Part shown: in pieces, positions 55,416-64,000 of the stretch
Layout: every line of letters begins with the position of its first letter
Numbering within the stretch: position 1 is the first letter of the stretch
NCBI RefSeq assembly: GCF_009914755.1
Contig: NC_060939.1
Reading direction: 5' to 3' (one strand)
Origin: the human T2T-CHM13v2.0 reference genome, Homo sapiens
DNA: 64,000 nt
The notes under the pieces: model-generated
The model's input: the letters and a program-made list of their open reading frames with translations, nothing else
Databases searched by the model: none
Told to the model about the DNA's origin: nothing
Position numbers and translations under genes: made by a program

Positions 55416-56267
55416 TAGCATACTTTTACATGGTTCCTTATGTACACAAGTGTAGCTACTTTACCTCATCTTTTTTTTTTTTTTTTTTGGTCCGGACTCT
55501 CCATCTTCTTCCATTGGCTATTCCTCCACCAAGACAAAAAAGCAGCAGAGCTGAAAGGATGTTGCTTTGGCTTGTTGACACCCACTTCCGACTCTGGGAT
55601 TAAACTGAGTTTGCTTACTAAGAACCCCTCCTGACCACCAAGCAATGCAGTTCCAGGATCAGAGGTCATCCTCTTCCAATCTTTGACTTCCACCCGGAGT
55701 TGTAGATAACCCTTCAGGAAAACATGTGGTGAAAGTCATTTTGCTCTGTGAGCCAACAGAAAATTGGCCCTTGAGATGACTTTTAACGGGATTTTGTAAG
55801 CCATGAGCAGAAAAGCACGGGTTCCGACCAGGCATGGAATTCAGAGTTGTAATAGAAAACATTTATTTGGCTTCAGCTAAACATCCTAACACATGTTAGC
55901 ATTTGCTGCCAATATGCTTCCTAATTAAGAACAACATAAAATCATAGGAAATCCTGCATCCTGTCTTCATGCACTTCTCATGTATCTTTAGTGCCCTGGC
56001 CTTCTTTCTCAAGCACATACACATTCACACACACAATACAGGTTGATTCAAAAGTCCTGTTTTGCCAACCATGAACTGTGGTGTCATTAACAAGATTAAT
56101 GTACCTTCCAGAAGGTACCACCAAGCATTTTTTCTTCCTTCTTAAACAAATGCTGCTATTAAAAACTAATTTTTAAAAAGCTAATAAGGCATCCCCCAAA
56201 TAAAAGACCAACAACATTTAATTTGTAAAGTATTATCTGTAACTGATGTGAAACTTCAAATAGTGTG

Positions 56268-56308
56268 TATATATATATATATATATATACATATATATAT
56301 ACATATAT
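56268..56308. repeat. Interrupted (TA)n microsatellite
   Basis: Direct reading. Confidence 0.9.
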
Positions 56309-58408
56309 CTTCTCTCTAGGCTTGCCTGGACTATTGTCTATGTTTCGATGAACAGATTCAACATGATAAAATATATGAACATGACCAATAGTCCTCTTTC
56401 AAGATGAAGGACAGACTAGGATCCGGTTTTCCTCTTAGTTCCTCCTTAAATCCATGCTCATTTCGTCTGAAAATATTTAAAGATATACCTGTGAGTGCTG
56501 AATTATCACCCCCTCATGACAAATAAATGAACATTACGTGATTACTGCACAGGTGAAAATGTATTTGATATTTCTAATTACGACTAGAATTGTATGAGTT
56601 AATCTTAGAATCCCCAGATTTATCAGTGATCCTACATAGCCAAACTAATTGCTTCTATTCCCCACCATCAGGCAGAAATCATTAAAAAAAAAAAAAAAGC
56701 AGAGGGAAACCAATCACTCAGGCACATTGTATGCTAAGTTTCTCCCACTAGTTCCACATGATTTTTTTTTTTCATGCACTGGAATAGACTCTGAAACAAC
56801 ACATAGAAATAAAACCTGGGTCTGAAAAGCTATCTTAAAACATTTTCCTTAAGACTTTTTAATGATTTTCAGAATCATTAATTTTTTTCAAATGAAACGC
56901 ACATGCTCTTGTTGCTTCTTTCCTGAGCATAGCTTTTCATTCCTCCTCATCTTTTTCCCCCTTCCAAATCTATTTATTGCTTGTTGTTCTTGGCTCTTTC
57001 TCACTTTCCATTTTTCATGATTAGTTCTTTATGATCGTGTGTTTCCTTTTCTTCTCCCCGCCGTGGCTGCCAGCCCAGTTGTTCTCTCCGGGCCCTCGAG
57101 TTTCCCTTCACTAATGAAACAAGAGCTGCCTCCCTCCCTGGCTTTTGCCATCCAGCTGTTTCCTTTTTAAGATATAAACTCATCTTTATTCAGTGAAGTT
57201 CCTGGGCAAACCTGATTCCTTTTGCAGAAGAGTTGATAATAACCTGAGCGATTAAAAAGGTTTTAAGAGGAACGTATATCTGGAAAACTTGGGAGCGGGT
57301 GGAAGGAGGGTAAATAGAAAATGAAATTCATTTTTGAAAGATTCTGAGGAAAAAAGAACAACAACAACAACAAGCATTTTCCTTAATGTTTTAATCCTCC
57401 TCGGCAGCTCATGGTGGCAGCCTGGCCTTGAGCATTCTCCTGGAAGTCCATCCACTCCTTCCCAGCAACTTTCACCTCCTACCTTGCCTGCTTAACATTT
57501 CTTGGCCTCTGTGAAAGTAGCCTAGCTAACACTGCAAACCTGGATTGTATATGATTAGGTGGTGAAAAGGTGCCAACCTGAAGTGTAGCCTGCCAAGTCA
57601 AGTCAATTTACTGTGATGCTTTGACTGTGCAAGCAGGTCTTAATCCCTCTTTAATCTCCCGTGTGCCCTTGACATCATGGAAATTACTGGCAAAGCTAAT
57701 GGCATCAGATGAACCCTGGTAACTCTTTCAGAAAAGGTTCCCTGAACAAAATAACCTGTTTACTTCCTAAGTTTTCAAATCCCCCAAATATATCAAGAAA
57801 AAACGAATTAGCCCACAGCTATCATCTTACCAAAACAGAGGGGCTAATTCTTTCTCAGTATTATAACTGATAAGACCTCATGTGACTTGGAATTTATATT
57901 CTACCCAAGCATCGGTTGAGTGTGTTATAGTTAAGACTTGATTGATTAGATAAAGGGGTTTCCTAGTAGCTCTAGCTGCTCTGACTTTTAGGGAAACTTT
58001 TTCCTTTAAATCTGAGAATCCCTTCCTTTTCTGAAAACACTTGTTCTGATATAAAATTTCCAATGGAATCATTTTTCACCAGAAAACTAAAGAAACAAAA
58101 GCAAAAAGAAAACAAACAGAAAGGAAACAGAAGAAAAAGGAATTTAAAAAGTATTTATCGGATATAATCTCACCTGAAAACAATTATCAAGCAAGATAAA
58201 AATCAGCATCTACATTGGACAGAAATGGGATTATAACAACAGTAGTTCTTCACCATTTACAAAACACTTTCCCACATATATATATAGAGAAAAAGAATAC
58301 ATCTCTCTGTGATATATATCTCACATATATATTATATAAAAAATAGAAATATATAGAATAGAAATATATATAGAAAATAGAAAATATATAGAAAGAAGAC
58401 AGATAGAT

Positions 58409-58451
<43 letters not shown>
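58409..58451. repeat. (GATA)10 tetranucleotide STR, likely polymorphic
   Basis: Direct reading; preceded by AT-rich atatagaa units. Confidence 0.97.
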
Positions 58452-59571
58452 GGGAGATAGAAAGTTAGAGTTCTTTGATGACAAGCCTCAAATGTCCCAA
58501 AATAAAGATTTTCTTAGAACTCGCATGAATCAGAATGTGTATCCTGGATACTTGCAGCGTGAGGGTTCTCTTCTATGGGAACCTCTCAGAAGATTCTCCT
58601 GTCTTAGAAGGAAAAGAGCCTGAGAGGACAGGTCTGATCTTGACTACCACATTTTATTCTCTAATCAACTCCGGTAAAAATAATTCCAGAATCTCCTCAA
58701 TAAAGAAGAGTGACACCCATTTCCTGTCCTTTTGCATGGTTTCACACCTAGTGTCTATGAGCCCAGGAAGAATCCCTTGAGTCCTACCAGGAAAGGAAGG
58801 CAGGAAGATCTTGGATCCTGAAAAATGAAACTTGCTTGATTTTGATATGAATACCTGCCCCACCATGCATGCCAACTGATATCATAGCTCAGAATTCTTC
58901 CTGACCCCTGGTTTCCGTTGCCTGGCTGACCTTTCAACATCCCCTGTGCCTGCTGTTTCCCTCCCTAGCTCTGACTCACAACACATCTCATTGCAACCAT
59001 TGGACTCTGAGACATTGTCCCCAAGGTAGATCCCAACCTCTGGATTCTGTTTGTCCCTCTGCCCTCCAGAGAAATATTGGTCTGAGGTTCCCTTTGGCCT
59101 TACCTGCCCACAGTTCCTCCCAGTCTTGTCATCAGGCCAGGAGCGGGGCAAGATATGAGTCCCAGGGACTGTGTGCTCACAGCAGCTGTGCCCAGAGATT
59201 AAGCTATGAGAAGCCAGGCGGTCTGGGAAAAGTGAACTGCTAACCTCTCTAGTTGCACTCCAAACTTTGACCTCTGTAAATCCAACCAAGAAAAGTTGGT
59301 GAGAGCTCTAAAACTTGGTTCCAGCAACTCCTCCTTGGAATTTATCAAGGGAAAAAGAATTTAACTAAAAGGTACTTCTCAGTCGTCTCTGTGTCATCAA
59401 TGACAATATTTAATTTTCTGTTTTTAGGTTGAGAATAATCTTTAAATACACTAATGTGTAATTTAAGATTGATCTTCCCAAAGTTAAAAAAATGCCACTC
59501 CTCATTGTTGCCAGGTCATTCTTCTTTATTAGCAACAAGAAAAAAATAGAGACGGGCTTGATACATGAATA

Positions 59572-59752
59572 CAGATGGATTTAGCATGAAGCTAATGAAG
59601 CTTGAGCTTCGACTCCTATGCAGATTCCTTCCAATGCCTTGGGAGGGACCGTAGCAATTTTGTTTCACTTTTATTATATATATATATATATTTTTTTAAA
59701 AGCCCTAAAAATTGTATACTCTTCATGCCCCACAAAACCTGGACCCCGCCCC
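59572..59752. mobile_element. hAT-Tip100 MITE (MER115/Zaphod-like)
   Basis: ggatttagcatgaagctaatgaagcttgagcttc ... gccccacaaaacctggaccccgcccc. Confidence 0.6.
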
Positions 59753-60167
59753 CAAGTAAGTAAATTACGGATTTCTGCCAAGTGAAGGTTAAATGATGTT
59801 CCAGTATTCTGTGTGGACCAAAGTTTTGCAGTAGTTTAAATACAGAAAAGTGTTAAGGAATTGTCTTATACATTACAAGGAAATATAGGCATACTAAAAT
59901 CAAAACATCATCAGCATACCAGTTGGAACAAAATTAATGCTGTGAGTAGCAATTAAACGTTAGCAAACCATTGTCCATCACATTAAGTCAGTGTTGTTAA
60001 TTTGAAGGCTGAGTTTGTCATTTTCTTTGAATTCAATTTGTAAATTTGTTTTGGATTTGCAATTGTATAAGAGCCATAAATTTCAGGAATATATGCCTAC
60101 TTTCAAGTTTGTATATGCTCTAGGAATATTAGACTATGAAGTCATTTAAATTCAGGGAAAGGAAAAT

Positions 60168-60279
60168 AAGGAAAGAAGGAAGGAAGGAGGGAGGGAGGGA
60201 GGGAAGAAGGGAAGGAAGGAAGGAAGAAGGGAGGGAGGAAGGGAAGGAGGGAAGGAGGAAGAAGGAAAGAAAGAAGAGA
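60168..60279. repeat. Homopurine (GGAA/GGGA)n tract
   Basis: About 110 nt of A/G only. Confidence 0.95.
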
Positions 60280-62093
60280 ATTCAATCAAGAACCCCCCCA
60301 TGACGACAACGTTGTAGCCCAAGGATCCAAGATTTCTAATCCGCCTCTAGTTCTAACTTTCCAAATCTAGCCTAATCTGTCTTCAATGCTACAAAATGAG
60401 ACCCTTCCTAAGCAGGAGCATTTATTTATTCAACAAATATTTCTGACCCAATTGTGTGTGCAGAGCACTATGCTTGAGTCTGTGAAAATTGGTTTATTAT
60501 TTTCTTTAGCTGCCAAGAAGGATCAGAGTGAGAACACACATTCTTAAGGCAAAAACACACATATCTAAATAAAAATAATCTCATTTATGTAATCATTACA
60601 AATGTTTATAGCATTTCAGATAATATGTGAAGGCTGGTAAGGTGCTCAAGATTATGTTTTTCTTTAAGATTAAAATAACTTTGGGATTTTTTGCCACATT
60701 AGTGCCAGAAAATGTTTCATCCTCCATATTCCAATTGGCATGCTCTTGAACCAACTCCCTCCGCAGTTTAACTTCAGAGCTACTCCGGGGAAACTAACTA
60801 ATTTTTAATATTGGGCTAAGCAAAACATAATTAGGAAGGCAAATTTCTGGGGGGGAATGTCATACGGGATATTCCCAAGCCAATGTACATGATTTTGCAA
60901 CAAGCATTGTTTGAGTTTTCCACTGCATCTCTCGCCTTTACAGGTAATCACGAGTTGCTTGTAATTAAATAATCTCAGGTAACTGATGGCAAGACCATCC
61001 CCCTGAGATTGCTTCCTAGGTCTTGTAATAAGCCTAGATTTTTATATCCACCACAATTTTTGCTGCTCTGCTTCAAACACGAGCAGATATAAGAACTTCT
61101 CTCTTTTTGATCTGGGAGGAAGAAATATTCTGATTTATATCTCCAACTACCTCTGGACTCAACAGCTGAATTTTGCTTTCTTGACCACTTTATCCTATCT
61201 CTAAATGAATGGGCCCAGAAATGAAAGGGCACTGGGCTATTATTGATTCAAAGAATGTTAGAGCTCTAGAGGACCGGAGCAATGATCGTGTCCAGCTGGT
61301 CCCAAAGAGGTTCAATAAGATTCTAAGTATTCCTTTGTCTACTTTGAGAACAGCCTTGTTAGGCCTTCCATATCTGAATGTTTATTTCTAAATTTGATTT
61401 TCCTAAAAATTATTGAATACCTTCTTTATTTAAGGTGTTAAACTAACAACAATATCATTCAAGGAAATATACTTCTTATTCATATACTGTTGATTTTTTC
61501 AGAAAGAACACTTATCAATTTTCCCAGAGATGCAATTCTTGATTCCTACCTATCTCAATAAGGGAATAAGTGTGAAAAGGAAAAATGACGATGCACTAAA
61601 ATGCCCTGTGATTTTAAACTGCACTCATAGAAGAAGAATTCTATGTTTAGATTTGGTCAAATTATTTACCCTCTTGTAAGACAATAATTTCCACTTGGGA
61701 TCATTGGCTGCCATCTACCTGTTTACCCAGGGTTTAAATTCGAAGATGCAAAATCAAACAGGCCTTAGGTTTACCACACAAAATGAGAGAAAAACAACGA
61801 CTGAGAGCTAGTTATATGACACTCAATTCTACCCCGCTGTTTTGTTTCCTGACACAGCTCTGTCTCGCTGAACTCTGCCCCACATCCATAACCCTATATC
61901 TAGGACATGAGCAGAGCCAAATCTCCAGGAATTATAATAAATAAAAGGAGTTTTTTTTTTTAAAAAAAAGCAAAAAAGAGTAAAGCTACAGTTCCAGGAA
62001 ATCTGAATGTAAATTACAATGTAAATGAGAGTTTCTAATTATTCCTTTTTTAAGGATAGCACTCCACTTAAATTGTAGATTTAGACGTAGATG

Positions 62094-62097
<4 letters not shown>

Positions 62098-62127
<30 letters not shown>
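62098..62127. repeat. (AC)15 microsatellite
   Basis: Direct reading. Confidence 0.97.
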
Positions 62128-62129
<2 letters not shown>

Positions 62130-62249
62130 ATATGAGTATGGACATTATGGGAGGGGGGTGTATTTCATGCCTTTCTCCTAGAAGGTCAAAGTTCTGTAAT
62201 ATAAGAATTTAAAGATCATAAAATGCCAGTGCAGCAGGGAAGAGTATAG

Positions 62250-62460
62250 GAGGCATAGTGTATATAAGCAACTAAAAGTGGGGAGAGAAAGAGAACAAGA
62301 TTCAAATCTGTTTCAACCACTTAGCAGCTATGTGATCTTGGGCAAGACCCTCTTGTTATTTGCTGCCGAGAGCACAGTTGTCAACACTAAATGGCTTAAT
62401 AGAAGTAAAGCACTGTGTTTAGTATATAGTAGGTACTCAATAAATGACAGAGAGTTTATT
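62250..62460 (+). mobile_element. MIR, internally deleted
   Basis: ccacttagcagctatgtgatcttgggcaag...gtaaagcact...tagtaggtactcaataaatg. Confidence 0.8.
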
Positions 62461-63811
62461 ATTGCTATCACCATATGGGGGAACTTGGAGTTATTCAGGC
62501 TCTGTCTGTTCCACTTCAAAATAAAGGTTTGCGATGTGCAACAGGTGGTCAGTCAATAGTCTGCTGTATCTTCATGATACTTTGCAACTGTTTTGAAAAT
62601 TTTTTTCCTAAACAGATTCTTTTTAAGGCCTATATTATAATCTCCCTAACCTGCCCTCCCCCTGAGCCCCCTCTCTACACACACACACAATTCACCATTT
62701 AATTGCCTTGTTGCTTTAGCTTCCTGGAGACACAGCCACAGAGCTAAATATAGCTCTGTCCTTCCCAACAAGCAATCCTTTAAAGGAGCTAAATTGCCTT
62801 GCTTTTTTACTTCTTACCAAAACTTGATCTCAAGCTTTATAAAAGAGAAAAACTAAAGGCCTTCTACCATAGAATGTTTAGCAATCGACATGCTGTCCAT
62901 TGCTTGAGAGGTTTTGTGTACTGGCACTTAATCCTTGCTTCAGTTACAACCCCTGTAGGGAAATTTGAGTCCTGTACACGGGTTCTTCATTCATTTCTGA
63001 GCCAAGATAATTCTAGGATTACCATTTAGAAAATTGGGAGAACAGACTTTTGCACAGTTACCAGGCAGACGGTATTGAAAAAAAAGGGGCATGTAGACTA
63101 CCTTTTTGGTGACAAGGTTAGGGATAGGTATTGTGGTTAAATCCCATTAGCAAGAACATCACACTCATTAAGTGAATGCCAGAATGTGAACCAAGAAGCC
63201 TTCCTCTTCCCCACCCCGCCCCGCCCCTATTTCTTCTCCTCCTAATGGCATGCCCCTTCAATACAGGGGATTCCTTGCCCAGGAAATGCCTCTCCAGCGT
63301 AAATCACAGAGTACTCCCATGCCAAGTCGCTCCAAAGCCAGAGCGCACTGCCTAGGACACATGCCATTCTCCAAAAATCTACCAGCATACACGATTCATA
63401 AGCCGTCTCTCTCTTATTTCTTGGGTGACCTTTAGGGTTTGGAAAGTATTCCTTTGTGTTAAAGCAAACACAAACTATTCTGCGAGCATAGTTCAAGAAT
63501 TTAAAGATTCTATTAATCTGATGTCTTAATTGTTATTGAGAAGAGGAAACAGGAGTGCCTTTGTTTCCCGAATGACCACATGCTTCTAAAAAGTGGCCCA
63601 CAGTGTTGGAGTTTGCATCTCAAGTTGCAGGCAGCTCTGTATGAAGTGGAACTTCAGCGTAACTAATTCCCAGACATTAAGAGGGATAGGGAAAGAACAG
63701 AAAGCTGGGCAAACCCGAAGCAGGCTGCAGCAGGGCAAACTGAAGGAGCCCTGCTCCTGGACCTGCCTGCATTCCGAAGACCAGTTTAAAATAATGATTG
63801 ATAAATGTGGA

Positions 63812-63890
63812 TTTCACTACACAATACATGCGTGTAAGAAACCTGCACCTGTACCCCCTAAATGTGTACAGATAAACACAAAATTTAAAA
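63812..63890 (+). mobile_element. Short L1 (L1PB/L1MA-type) 3' end
   Basis: cactacacaatacatgcgtgtaagaaacctgcacctgtacccctaaa. Confidence 0.7.
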
Positions 63891-64000
63891 GAAATCCAGA
63901 TCAAAGGATTGCTTATAAATACTACCTTGGAACAGCAGTTCATGAGACATTTCACAGTATCCTCTCTCACTTTGGATAGTCACATGAAAAAATACATTTT

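Overview
Primate (human-like) genomic DNA, intronic or intergenic. I find no protein-coding exon, processed pseudogene, RNA gene or CpG-island promoter, and I cannot name the locus. The ORF-track hits are chance ORFs or are derived from Alu, LTR12 and L2 repeats. The window holds about 26 Alus (AluJ/AluS), two independent solo LTR12 (ERV9) LTRs with intact 4-bp TSDs, a THE1 LTR nested in an AluJ, MLT1 LTRs, DNA transposons (MER1A, MER5, MER6, Tigger3, MER103C and others), old L1/L2/MIR fragments and microsatellites. Repeat families were called from memory of consensus sequences, so subfamily labels and edges are approximate. Most interesting leads: (i) a possible LTR12-driven minus-strand spliced non-coding transcript with several consensus-grade splice sites downstream; (ii) overlapping opposite-strand exon candidates at about 22.6 kb; (iii) a nested MIR>MER6>(LTR12+Alu) insertion; (iv) two micro inverted-triplication scars seeded on 6-bp palindromes; (v) a tail-less Alu with a 17-bp direct repeat; (vi) a tail-to-tail ancient MIR hairpin. 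All functional claims are hypotheses.
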